Shown: positions 9,573 to 19,331, counted from the first letter of the stretch. The stretch is 64,000 nucleotides of DNA from Candidatus Latescibacterota bacterium (GCA_965219455.1 OZ244744.1:864001-928000), one strand, 5' to 3'. Notes: generated by a model from the sequence alone, not told the origin. Translations and numbers: made by a program.

Positions 9573-11813
9573 TCACTCGATCACCCGGAACAACACGCGC
9601 CGTTCGTCGTCCTGTCCATAACTGTTCAGGTCCTTCATATTTACTGTCAGACCGTGGAAGCCCACGGGCACCTTCCCCAGATCGATTTGAAGATAGGTGA
9701 AATCATCCGTCCCGTCTCCTTCGTACCGAACCGTTATCGCGGTTTCTCCCGTATCCTTGTCGTATTTCCGGATCGACCTTGAAACTCTGTTCCTCTCAGC
9801 GGGAACGTATCTGATCTGGTATTCGACAGGCCCGCCCTCCCGGACCGCTCCAATCCCCAGACGCACCTTCCCCACCGGTTCCGCCAGCGCCACCGCCTCG
9901 AATCTCCCGGGAACAACGTCGTTCTCTTCCGGCTGCCCTATCCGATAGGAAATCTCGTATTTTGTCCGTCCGAAATTATCCCGTTTCAAGTTATAGACCT
10001 CGAAATAGATGTATATCGATTCCGACCGATAGAACGTGTGCAGAGGATTCAACACCACGTTCAAATCCTCCCGCCGCTCCGGAAACGGATCGTCCATCCG
10101 GATGTCGGCGGCCACCAGCAGATCGCTCATCGCCGGCGACGTATCTTCCGCTGCAAATGAGTACGTGTCCCTGAACGTACCGATGGACCGGGTCCCGCGG
10201 TCCTGCACCTCGGCGATGAGATGGTAGTCCCCCGGTTCAACGATCAGCGTCGACTTGGACAGCAGATACTGTACCCTCAGGCTGTCCGTTCCCACGTCCG
10301 CAAGCCGCCGGGTCGCATATACCGCCCGCGAAATCTCTTTCCAGTCGCCGTCAAACAGGAAGAGCCCGTCCTGCAGATCGACAGCGCCCGTGTTGGACAT
10401 CTTCAAACTCTCTTTCGAAATCGCATAGGCCACCTCCACCCGTATCTTGCCGTCGTCACGAAACGCAGCCACCTGATACGGCAGGCTGTATTTCAACTCG
10501 CGATAGGGATCCACGTACCGTTGCGGCGTACGATTCAGCACCCATTCGCCGGACGGAGTGAAGCGAGTGCCTTCCGCAAAACGCCAACCGTCCAGGCCGT
10601 TCCAATTTCTGAATCGAAAGGAAAAGCCTTCGTATGACCAAAGTTCCGTGTGTGCCTGAACGAGGCGACCGCGTGGGCCGACCTCGGGACGCGTCACCGT
10701 GCGACCGAGCGGGTCTCCATACTTAATGTAAACCCGTCCCATTTCCGTCCGCCAGCCTGCAATTTCCCTCCTTGGCTTGCTGAACCGCAAATTGGCGTAT
10801 GCCACCCGCCGGTAGTGCTCCATTCTCCTTTCGTTCCGTTCCGTCAGCAGCAGCGGATCCTGTTTGCGCCAGAATCGCTCCCGCTCAGAACTGTCCACCC
10901 ACTCTCCGCCCGCATTTTGAGCCCGTGAGTCCGCTTTCGCGACGCGCGCCCGCTCTTCATCTATGGCCACGGCATCCACCGATTCGATGATCGAACGTTC
11001 CTGTACGTCCATCCTTTCGAGTGCCCGGACGTAAAAGTCCCATGCATGGTCCAGGTACCCGCTGGCGTGATAGCCCAACCCGACGAACAGCAATGCGTCC
11101 TTGTCGTGCGGGTACGCCTGTAACAGTGAGTTGGCAACGTTGGTCAGCGCCCTCCCTGCGGCCGAAGGCGCGGATTTCATGTCCTCCATGTAGACCAGGC
11201 CCAACTGATAATACGCATCTTTGAACCCGGGTTCGTGCCGGATACTCCTTTCGAGACTCTGAATTGCCCGTTCACGGTACTCCTCTGCAAAATGCCGCCA
11301 CTCCAGCATCACACTGTGGCTACTGCCCTCCATGTCGATCATGTTCCAATACTTCAAGAAATCTTTCACATAGTAGGTTCCGAGCCCAAAAGCGGCCCGG
11401 GCGTTCCGGGGGTCCTGCGTCAATACCGCTTCATATTGACGCTTTGCGTTTGCCAGAAACCCCTGCTCCCACATCAGATCGCCCAGGAGAACCTGATACG
11501 CGAGATTGTCGCGATCCAGGCGAATTGCCCGGCGCAACATTTTCTCCGCACTTTGGCGATCCAGAGGTGTATTCAAAGACATATGCAACTTTGCGATTTC
11601 CGCGTACGCCGGAGCGTAATTCTCGTCCAACGCCAGCACGTCTTTCAAGGCGCGCACGCTCTCCTCGACCGACACGCGGCCAAGTTGCTCCATTGCGATA
11701 CGGAAACGATCGTCGACCGTGTTCGTCTCGTCCGAAAACGCGAAACCGCCGCCGCACCAAGCCACAGCGAAGATAAATGTGTATGTCGACCGGCGTCTGA
11801 TCCTCAAGGCCAA
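9573..11813 (-). CDS. GWxTD-domain TPR protein (copy 3, divergent; GWRTE variant)
   Basis: 746 aa; same architecture as copies 1 and 2; 'AGWRTEMGRVYIKYGDP'; shared C-terminal 'DDFTYLQIDL...FRVIE'. Confidence 0.88.
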   Translation of the reverse strand: MALRIRRRSTYTFIFAVAWCGGGFAFSDETNTVDDRFRIAMEQLGRVSVEESVRALKDVLALDENYAPAYAEIAKLHMSLNTPLDRQSAEKMLRRAIRLDRDNLAYQVLLGDLMWEQGFLANAKRQYEAVLTQDPRNARAAFGLGTYYVKDFLKYWNMIDMEGSSHSVMLEWRHFAEEYRERAIQSLERSIRHEPGFKDAYYQLGLVYMEDMKSAPSAAGRALTNVANSLLQAYPHDKDALLFVGLGYHASGYLDHAWDFYVRALERMDVQERSIIESVDAVAIDEERARVAKADSRAQNAGGEWVDSSERERFWRKQDPLLLTERNERRMEHYRRVAYANLRFSKPRREIAGWRTEMGRVYIKYGDPLGRTVTRPEVGPRGRLVQAHTELWSYEGFSFRFRNWNGLDGWRFAEGTRFTPSGEWVLNRTPQRYVDPYRELKYSLPYQVAAFRDDGKIRVEVAYAISKESLKMSNTGAVDLQDGLFLFDGDWKEISRAVYATRRLADVGTDSLRVQYLLSKSTLIVEPGDYHLIAEVQDRGTRSIGTFRDTYSFAAEDTSPAMSDLLVAADIRMDDPFPERREDLNVVLNPLHTFYRSESIYIYFEVYNLKRDNFGRTKYEISYRIGQPEENDVVPGRFEAVALAEPVGKVRLGIGAVREGGPVEYQIRYVPAERNRVSRSIRKYDKDTGETAITVRYEGDGTDDFTYLQIDLGKVPVGFHGLTVNMKDLNSYGQDDERRVLFRVIE

Positions 11814-11918
11814 TCCTCACAGGCAGCCAATCACGGGGTTTACCGATAGGAGACCATCTGCATCGTCGCCTGGCGCATTGACGTACCCCGCGCAACAGGT
11901 TTCCACGCGTGGTCCCGC

Positions 11919-14255
11919 CTATTCTCTCCGCTTGAAGATTTCCGCCACCCACACCTGGCCCTGCTCGCGCGCCACTGCGACGCCGATATGGGTTAAACGC
12001 TCGTCCAGAATATTGCGCCTGTGTTCGGCACTCAACATCAGGTGCCAGTGAGCTTCCTCCACCGAGGGCGCCGTCGCCAGGTTTTCCAGTGCGACCTCAA
12101 ATGAAATGTCCAGCCGCTCCAGGCGTTCTACCAGGTCTCCATACATTGGCGACCAGTGCGAAACCGAGCCGTATGCCAGCATGTCCTTCAAATGGGACGC
12201 CGCCGCATAGGCCAGGTCGTCGTCCCACTCCAATGCCATGCGGCCCTTCCTACCTCGCACGTCGTTCACCATACCCATCAGCCGCCGGCTTGCAGCCGCG
12301 TCGCCGGGAAACGCCGCGACCTCGATTACAGGCGTCTCAAGAGGCTTCGGGTTGCCAACCTTCAACATGCGATCTTCAAGCATTACAGCATCGCCGTTTT
12401 CAATTTCGCACTGGATCTGTAACCGGTAATATCCGGTTTCCCCTGCCTGCAGCGTTCCCTCGAATTGCCCCGCGTCAAGCCCTATCTCCATATCCAGCAC
12501 ATCCCCGTCCGGAAGCGCGAACACGGCCATTGACATCTTCTTCACCGCATCCTCCGCAGATCCCCGGACGGACGCAACCATGCCCGGAGAGATGCGTTCC
12601 GGCGCCCGGTCCAGTTTGATCAGGTCGCGCCGTATCAAACCCCGGTACCGATAGGGTTCCGCGAATTGCCTTTCGGATGTTCCATCGGGGTGCGCCTCAA
12701 CGCGGTTGCCCTCCCGGTCCGAAATTACATATCGATCAGGAGAAAGAACCTCAAGCCGCACTCCCGACGTATCGGTCTGTACAATCCTGCCGTCCGGATA
12801 CTCCTCAATTACGGTCCCATCCACGAACCTTGCGACGCGCACGCCATCGGGACGGCGTACCGTTTCCGAGCCGTCCGAATACACGGTGCGCCTGGATTGA
12901 TCCGCGAAAACCTCCAGCGTCTCGCCGGAAGGATGTTTCTGGATCTTTCGCCCATCCGGATACTGTTCAATCGTGGTACCATCGTTCATTTGCGTAAACT
13001 GCCGGCCGTCCCTGAAGACCTTTATCCGGTGCCCTTGGGGCGTTAATGCAAAGACACTTCCATCGGGATATCGCGTCTCCCGCGCGCCGCCCCGCACCTC
13101 GATCTCCACCCTACCGCCAGGATAAAGCACATGCCGCGTCCCATCCGTGAATACCGTCCGTTCCACACCTGTCGGATGTACCGTACGCACCGTTCCGCTG
13201 GCAAAGCGATGCACCCGCTTCCCATCGGGATATATCGTCAGCCGGTTACCGGACGCATGGCGCCATTCCTGCCTTCCATCCTTATACACCTTGTGCCGAT
13301 TGCCGTCGGCATCTTCGAAAATCATCCGTCCATCCGGATACGTCGTTTTTACGCCTCCCAGCGTATCTTCAAATCGAACCGAACCATCCGGAAACCGCGC
13401 TTCCCGCGTGTTATCGGGAAACTGCATCACGATCCGCCCGTCCGGATACCGCCAGCGCTGCCGGCCGTCAGGAAACGTCGTCCAGTCCCGGCCATCCCCG
13501 TAATGCCGTTTGCGCACCCCCCTGCCGGGATAGGACGGATTGTTCGGTCTCAGCCAGACGCCCGCCTGGACCCGCACATAGCCGTCGGGCGGCAGGTGCA
13601 TCCGTTCACCCGACCTGAAAGCTGACGTCCGGAACATATAGCGGTGCAGCGCCGCCGCGTCCTCCAACGCCTCGCGGTGGGCGATCGGCTGCCCGATCGC
13701 CGATAGAAGCGTGCCGTATCTGTCCGGATGCATCGTCACATAGAGGTATTGAAACGGACCGGCAGCTTTCCCCAAGGCCCCCTGGAATGCCTCACCTTTC
13801 CCAAAGATCACCGCAGCCAGAACACCCCTATGTGTCCTTCCGGTCGCAACCCTTCCATGCTCCATGCGGTAGATGCGGTCCTTCCAATTCAGTTCCAGAT
13901 TCCTCACCGCCAGCACCGTATCAAACCGGACCCGATATGCCTTCAACGGGACGCTGATCATGTCGCCTGACATCACGGCAGGGACGTCCTCGATCATCCA
14001 TCTGCGGGAACTTCCCCGGTGCCCGACAACGACGCTATCCGCCATCTCCCGAACCAGAGCGGCGCGGCCGGTATCCGCCTCGGCCAGGTATCCTCCGGCG
14101 GCCGCTACATAGTTGTGCGCACCCCATCCAGGACGGAACGCCACGTCTCCGGGCCAGCTCACCGCGCCGGACACGGTCACCGTCTCCTCGGGCGTACATC
14201 CGAAGAGGTTCAGCAGGAGCAGAACGGCAATGCAATTCAGAAATTGGGATTTCAT
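11919..14255 (-). CDS. Lipoprotein with 31x9-aa TCP10/CPAP-like repeats and C-terminal CAP (SCP) domain
   Basis: Lipobox LFGC; (F/Y)PDG repeats at 12666..13502; CAP motifs 'SHLKDM..VSH..ENLA..MLSAEHRRNIL'. Confidence 0.8.
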   Translation of the reverse strand: MKSQFLNCIAVLLLLNLFGCTPEETVTVSGAVSWPGDVAFRPGWGAHNYVAAAGGYLAEADTGRAALVREMADSVVVGHRGSSRRWMIEDVPAVMSGDMISVPLKAYRVRFDTVLAVRNLELNWKDRIYRMEHGRVATGRTHRGVLAAVIFGKGEAFQGALGKAAGPFQYLYVTMHPDRYGTLLSAIGQPIAHREALEDAAALHRYMFRTSAFRSGERMHLPPDGYVRVQAGVWLRPNNPSYPGRGVRKRHYGDGRDWTTFPDGRQRWRYPDGRIVMQFPDNTREARFPDGSVRFEDTLGGVKTTYPDGRMIFEDADGNRHKVYKDGRQEWRHASGNRLTIYPDGKRVHRFASGTVRTVHPTGVERTVFTDGTRHVLYPGGRVEIEVRGGARETRYPDGSVFALTPQGHRIKVFRDGRQFTQMNDGTTIEQYPDGRKIQKHPSGETLEVFADQSRRTVYSDGSETVRRPDGVRVARFVDGTVIEEYPDGRIVQTDTSGVRLEVLSPDRYVISDREGNRVEAHPDGTSERQFAEPYRYRGLIRRDLIKLDRAPERISPGMVASVRGSAEDAVKKMSMAVFALPDGDVLDMEIGLDAGQFEGTLQAGETGYYRLQIQCEIENGDAVMLEDRMLKVGNPKPLETPVIEVAAFPGDAAASRRLMGMVNDVRGRKGRMALEWDDDLAYAAASHLKDMLAYGSVSHWSPMYGDLVERLERLDISFEVALENLATAPSVEEAHWHLMLSAEHRRNILDERLTHIGVAVAREQGQVWVAEIFKRRE

Positions 14256-14280
14256 AATAAACCCCAGAGGGCAGTAACAA

Positions 14281-14729
14281 CAGTGATCAGTTGTCAGTAG
14301 TCAGCGTACAGCCGTCAGAAAAAACAGCTATTAGCGGTCGGCTGTCAGCTTGAACCGGATAGCGATATGGCCTGGCGATATCAATCCGCGACGGCCGCGG
14401 GAACCTCTCCCCCCGGCCCCCTCTCCTAAAGGAAAGGGGGAGGTAAGCCAAGCGTTGCCTTACCGGTGTTTTATATACGCTCTGATTGCCAGGAAAACGC
14501 CATCTCGGCGGCTTTCGCAAGCCCGGGACATCGACCCGTCACCGTTCCCCCTTCCTTCAGGAAGGGGGTTAGGGGGTAGGTCCGGGAACCTCTCCCCCCG
14601 GCCCCCTCGGACAGAGCTATCAGCTATAAATGGTCGGCTGTCAGCTTGAACCGGATAACGATATGGCCTGGCGATATCAATCGTCGATATCTGCGCCATC
14701 CTGCGGGCAACCACAAGGGTTGCCCCTAC
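14281..14729. repeat. Composite intergenic repeat cluster
   Basis: Heptamer run CAGNNNT at 14281-14350; 62-bp direct repeat 14325-14386 / 14621-14682; inverted CCCCTC..GAAGGGGG elements at 14403-14580; GTAG-type REP at 14705-14729 on the minus strand. Confidence 0.8.
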
Positions 14730-14917
14730 ACGTCAAACACTGCAACCCCGACCTATGGCTCGAAAGAAGTTGCGGTATTCACCCCACAAGGTTAAATATC
14801 AGGGAAGGCGGCCGATCGCTGCACACTTCTGCTTCAGGCGATTCAGAAATGTTAATGACTCCACTGAAATCGACCCGCGCCCGGTACCGGTCCGGCGCGA
14901 AATTCACTCATTAGACT

Positions 14918-16339
14918 ATGTCCGATAGTCAGAAAACACACCATACCCATTTCCATTTCGGCTTTGTGCTGGCGTCGCTTTCTGTTGCGCTGACGGTTGG
15001 TTTCGGCTATGCGGCCATCCTGGCCGTGCTGATCGGTTTTCAAATCTCCATGGGCAATTGGTGGGTCGCCATGCTCCAGGCCCACGGCCACGCCCAACTC
15101 CTGGGTTGGATCGGCCTCTTTATCATCGGAGTCAGCCTCTACTTCCTGCCGCGTCTGGCCGGTACGCCGCTCCGCTTTCCCCGGCTTCCCACGTGGATTC
15201 TTTGCCTCCTCGCAACCGGCATCCTGCTGCGCGCCGTCTCACAGCCGCTGCTGGCCGCGGGAATTGAAGACCCGTTTCATAGCGGCCTGCGATGGGCGCT
15301 GGGTTTCTCCGCGTTGCTGGAAACCACAGGCGTCTATTGTTACATCGCTCTGCTGGTCATCACCTTACGCAGCGCAGCGCCTAATCGCCCCGCCCTGCAG
15401 ACGGTGCGCATCTTCCTGGCAATTGCGATTGCAGGGTGGGGATTTTATTCACTGCTCTCGGGCGCGCTCGTGTTTTACGCGAGCATCGGAAACAACCCGC
15501 TTCTGCACATCGCATGGAACAGATTCGGCATTGAATTCTTCATTGGTTTTGTCATCCTTCCGACGGCGATGGCGTTTTCCGTTCGTACGTTTCCGCTCTA
15601 CCTGCGCCTGCCCGCCGTCCGCTGGCCCGTAGCCCGGTTCGGGCAGGTCTATCTCCTGGCGCTCATCCTGATCCACCTGCCTGTATTGGCGCAACTCACG
15701 GATGTGTCCTTCGCCTCATCTCTTGCGCATCTGTCGCCCATCGGAAAAGTCCTCAGAGGTGGCGTCCTTCTCCTCTTCATCTGGAAACTGGACATTCTAT
15801 TCCGGTGGTATCCTCCATGGACCGTAAATCGCATTGGCGAACCCGGGCCCGAACGACGCCCCACGCGTCCGGGCCTACCGGACTACGGGGAGTTCGGCCG
15901 GTTCGAGCTGCTGCTTTACGCCGCATTCGTCTTCCTCGCGCTGGCCGCCACGGCTGAACTGTTGGATGGCGGGCTTGTCCTGTTTCAGGTCGGTTCTCCT
16001 TTCGATCCCGATGCATTGCGACACACCCATCTCGCGGGGTTTATCACCCTCCTTCTGCTGGGCATGGCGCCTCGAATGGTGCCCGGTTTCCTTCACAAGC
16101 GCAAAGTGGCCTTTCCCGGTATGGTGGCTGCGACCTTTTACCTGGCGACCGCCGCCGCGCTTTTCCGCATTGCGCCGCTGCTTCTGGCAGAGATTCTGGA
16201 CCGGGTTCCTTACGGTCTGCCGGCCTCGATGACCGCGTTCGGCCTGTCCGGCCTGCTCGGGTGGCTGGCGGCGGCAATACTGGCCTGCAATCTCTGGGTT
16301 ACCTGGCGCAGCCCTGCCGCCAATGCCCACTTGCCTTGA
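14918..16339 (+). CDS. NnrS-family multi-pass membrane protein
   Basis: About 12 hydrophobic helices; 'QAHGHAQLLGWIGLFIIGV' and 'DALRHTHLAGFITLLLLGMAPRMVP' motifs. Confidence 0.7.
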   Translation: MSDSQKTHHTHFHFGFVLASLSVALTVGFGYAAILAVLIGFQISMGNWWVAMLQAHGHAQLLGWIGLFIIGVSLYFLPRLAGTPLRFPRLPTWILCLLATGILLRAVSQPLLAAGIEDPFHSGLRWALGFSALLETTGVYCYIALLVITLRSAAPNRPALQTVRIFLAIAIAGWGFYSLLSGALVFYASIGNNPLLHIAWNRFGIEFFIGFVILPTAMAFSVRTFPLYLRLPAVRWPVARFGQVYLLALILIHLPVLAQLTDVSFASSLAHLSPIGKVLRGGVLLLFIWKLDILFRWYPPWTVNRIGEPGPERRPTRPGLPDYGEFGRFELLLYAAFVFLALAATAELLDGGLVLFQVGSPFDPDALRHTHLAGFITLLLLGMAPRMVPGFLHKRKVAFPGMVAATFYLATAAALFRIAPLLLAEILDRVPYGLPASMTAFGLSGLLGWLAAAILACNLWVTWRSPAANAHLP

Positions 16340-16350
16340 TCGGCTAAGAG

Positions 16351-16392
16351 AAAAAAACGCTCCCAGCGGCGGCAGCCGTTCTGGGAGCGTTT
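16351..16392. terminator. Terminator between convergent genes
   Basis: AAACGCTCCCAG...CTGGGAGCGTTT stem; longer U-tract on the minus strand. Confidence 0.75.
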
Positions 16393-16410
16393 CGATCGAA
16401 TTGTCGGCGC

Positions 16411-16722
16411 TCAATTCCGTGCTGTGGCAGGGACCCGAGGCCTGCGTTGTTTTTCCTTTACCCGCTTGAGCTGCCGGACCATCTTGTCGATCGCGCCGCC
16501 AAGCGCGGGATGAACGACATCCTGTTCGTCAGTGGATTTCAGGATATGGTTATGTACGTGCACCACAATTTCGACTCTGTACATCCGATTCTCGCGCTCC
16601 AGCGTAATTCGCGCGTCCAGAATCGGATCATAAAACTGCTTCAGTTTTTCTGATTCTTTTTCGATAAATTCCCGCAAGCGGCCGGACACCTCGAAGTGTT
16701 TCCCCCTGATTTCGGTTTTCAT
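16411..16722 (-). CDS. raiA: Ribosome hibernation factor, short HPF/RaiA type
   Basis: MKTEIRGKHFEVS...AIDKMVRQLKRVKEK; AGGAGG RBS; 103 aa. Confidence 0.85.
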   Translation of the reverse strand: MKTEIRGKHFEVSGRLREFIEKESEKLKQFYDPILDARITLERENRMYRVEIVVHVHNHILKSTDEQDVVHPALGGAIDKMVRQLKRVKEKQRRPRVPATARN

Positions 16723-16750
16723 CGCCACCTCCTTGCTCATGGTTGCACCG

Positions 16751-17611
16751 TCAACCGCCGATTTCACCACGGGTTCCTCTATCTTTCGACACGGCACCTC
16801 GCGTCTCCAACCAGACTTCCGCGGCGTTCGCGAAGGGTCCCACGAGGAATAACGCATAGAACGGGGCGTAAACCTGTTCATAGAGACGCAATACTGCCTC
16901 CACTGCTGCCAATGAAAACGCAACCCCGCACTGTCCCCGCCTTGTCTTCACCGTTGTCTTTGGATCGGTAATCATAAAAAAAATAAACAGTTGATACATC
17001 GGCCCCGTAATGGGCGCGACGCCGGCCAGATACGCCTGCCCCGTCACAAGACTTCGAATAATCCCCAGGGCCAGGAACGATACCACGTACGTCAGGCAGA
17101 TATGCAACCGCTTCACCCGCCAGACCGCCATCCAGCCAAAGACCCAGATCACCAGCATAACCCAGACGGCGTTTCCCCATTGAATGCTCAGCCCCGCCGC
17201 CATTTCGGGCGCAAGGAAGAACATTGCGCACACGCCGAGATTGGAGGGATTCCAGAGATGCCGACCACGCCAACGGATCACGTACTTGGACAGAATTGAC
17301 ACCGCGCTGCAAAGCGCATACGGCCAGAGCCAGAGCGACCGGATCAGAATCCCCACGCTGATTCCGGTGATGTATCCGCTCACGAAATTTGGCTTGCGGC
17401 TCCCATCCAGCCGACCCAGCATCGCCTCAGCGCCAACTGCAACCGCGATGGCCAATGCTGTTTTTGACAGACCCTCAAGGATTCCAAACGAAATCTGACT
17501 GCCAATCAGTATGCACGTGATGAGCGCTGGCGGCAAGAATCGATGACCGGCGGTCGACCACCATGAACGTAATGAAAACCGGGGCGCGGCCAGATCCGTG
17601 TCCGTTGTCAA
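16751..17611 (-). CDS. RnfD/NqrB-like (UnbU-type) membrane protein
   Basis: TTG start after GGAGGT; 'SKYVIRWRGRHLWNPSNLG' and 'FFMITDPKT' motifs. Confidence 0.7.
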   Translation of the reverse strand: MTTDTDLAAPRFSLRSWWSTAGHRFLPPALITCILIGSQISFGILEGLSKTALAIAVAVGAEAMLGRLDGSRKPNFVSGYITGISVGILIRSLWLWPYALCSAVSILSKYVIRWRGRHLWNPSNLGVCAMFFLAPEMAAGLSIQWGNAVWVMLVIWVFGWMAVWRVKRLHICLTYVVSFLALGIIRSLVTGQAYLAGVAPITGPMYQLFIFFMITDPKTTVKTRRGQCGVAFSLAAVEAVLRLYEQVYAPFYALFLVGPFANAAEVWLETRGAVSKDRGTRGEIGG

Positions 17612-18023
17612 CGTAACACCTCCGTTCGACGTGCCACCTGCGAGGGCTCGCGCTTCCAAATACGGAGAAAATTCCGGCGCGGGCAACCCAAAACGCCAGG
17701 CGCGAAGACCGGGCTGCTTTCGTCTTTCGCAAGAAAACCGATTCGCCTATCTTTCGGCCATCGTCGAAAACCCGAAGGTCAGGGACCGTGGACAGAATCG
17801 TCGGGTTCCCCTCCTGTACATATATACGCCCGGGGGAGGGATCCGGTTTCCTGGCATTGGCACGGGGGCGAAAAGAAACGGGAAAAACAAGTTCAACATC
17901 CACTGCTCCCCAAATTCCATGCCTCCGGCGGGTTCCTTTTGAAGCGACCAGCAGGTAGTGGTCAGCTAAGACCGGTCAGCGATCTGGCCTGCCGGTGGGA
18001 TTTGCCGCTGTCAGTGCCCATAT

Positions 18024-18050
18024 GGGGGCAACTTTGAAAGTTGCCCCTAC
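18024..18050 (-). repeat. GTAG-type REP palindrome
   Basis: GTAGGGGCAACTTTCAAAGTTGCCCCC; same family as 14705-14729. Confidence 0.7.
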
Positions 18051-18117
18051 AGAATCAAAAACGGCACGGGATGAATACCTCACACGGGCGCAATGCCTGA
18101 CGTGAAAGGAAACCTTA

Positions 18118-19236
18118 ATGCCAAAGGTCCTCTTGTTGGGAGGGTTCCAACCCGGCCAATCCCTCTGGAGCATTCAGCAGGGCTTTAAAAGCATCGGATA
18201 CGACGTTCTCTATCAGCCCACGCGCGGGTGTATTGAAGCCCAGCTTGAGGCGGATATCGCACTCGCAAAAGAGGAGGCCGACGTCATCCCTCCGCACGAA
18301 ACGTGGGATCTGAAATACAAGGACGCGGGGGCTTTCCAGGAAGGTCTGTTCAAAATCGTCATCGAACACGAACCGGAACTGCTCATCTGGTGGTTCAGCA
18401 AAGACGACCGGCCGCCCGGGCTCATCGCGGAACTGAGAGAGAGATTCCCCTGGTGCAAAACCGTCACCCACACCCAGGACGATCCGTGGGACATGCTCCG
18501 AAGCCCTCATTTCACTCGGGAATTCGAATACGCGGCCACGTGTTGCAAGGAAAGCGTGGATGCCTATGCCAAACGCGGTATAAAGGCCATCGTGCTCTAT
18601 CCACCTCCGTCGATGGAGCTGCATCGTATCGCAAGACCGGCACGGCACGAGCAGTGTGACTTCTCCATAACCGTCATGTCTCTCTACACCAAAGAAGGCG
18701 GCAGCCAGGAGGAATACCTGGAATCGGAAGACCTGGTCAAGCGGATTACGCACACGATCCCGTTTCCCGGACAGCGCGCTCTGAGGCAGGAAGTGGTCGC
18801 CACACTCACAGACCTGGGAAGGGTCCATGTCTACGGCGGCCTGGGATTCGGAACGTTCCAAGACCTGCCCCGGTATTCCTATCGCGGCTTTCGGAGCTAC
18901 ATGGAGCTTCCCGGGGTATACATGGCTTCGAAGATCAATATCAACCAGCACAATTCGCCCGACGCGTACGGTTATCTGAACCAGCGGGACACCGCCATTA
19001 CCGGCAGCGGCGGATTCATGCTAACCGATCACGTAGAAGGCATTGAGGAAATCTTCGACATTGGCTCAGAAATCGACACGTGGACCACCCTGGAAGAACT
19101 TCGGCAAAAGGCCCAGTGGTGGCTGGCACACGACACGCAGCGGAAACACGCCGCGGCACGCGCGCAGGACCGCATCCTCAAGGAGTATGGAAACGTTGCA
19201 TATGCCCGGAAGCTCACGGAATTTATCAAAGCATAA
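18118..19236 (+). CDS. CgeB-family glycosyltransferase (Glyco_trans_1_2-like)
   Basis: 'TQDDPW', 'SKININQH...NQRDTAITGSGGFMLTD..GIEEIF' pattern. Confidence 0.75.
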   Translation: MPKVLLLGGFQPGQSLWSIQQGFKSIGYDVLYQPTRGCIEAQLEADIALAKEEADVIPPHETWDLKYKDAGAFQEGLFKIVIEHEPELLIWWFSKDDRPPGLIAELRERFPWCKTVTHTQDDPWDMLRSPHFTREFEYAATCCKESVDAYAKRGIKAIVLYPPPSMELHRIARPARHEQCDFSITVMSLYTKEGGSQEEYLESEDLVKRITHTIPFPGQRALRQEVVATLTDLGRVHVYGGLGFGTFQDLPRYSYRGFRSYMELPGVYMASKININQHNSPDAYGYLNQRDTAITGSGGFMLTDHVEGIEEIFDIGSEIDTWTTLEELRQKAQWWLAHDTQRKHAAARAQDRILKEYGNVAYARKLTEFIKA

Positions 19237-19276
19237 AAATCGTCATCAACACCTGTGCGGCGGGCACCAAATGGAA

Positions 19277-19310
19277 AAACGCCTCCGGATGTGATTGTCC
19301 GGAGGCGTTT
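19277..19310. terminator. Bidirectional terminator
   Basis: AAACGCCTCCGGA-loop-TCCGGAGGCGTTT between convergent genes. Confidence 0.7.
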
Positions 19311-19331
19311 GTGGTTCCGCCGGCATTCCGC

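Noticed and set aside
11875-11905. Shared ECF promoter upstream of all GWxTD genes
   Set aside because: GGAAAC-N15-CGTC is seen only before copy 3, the spacing is atypical, and matches before copies 1 and 2 are weak.
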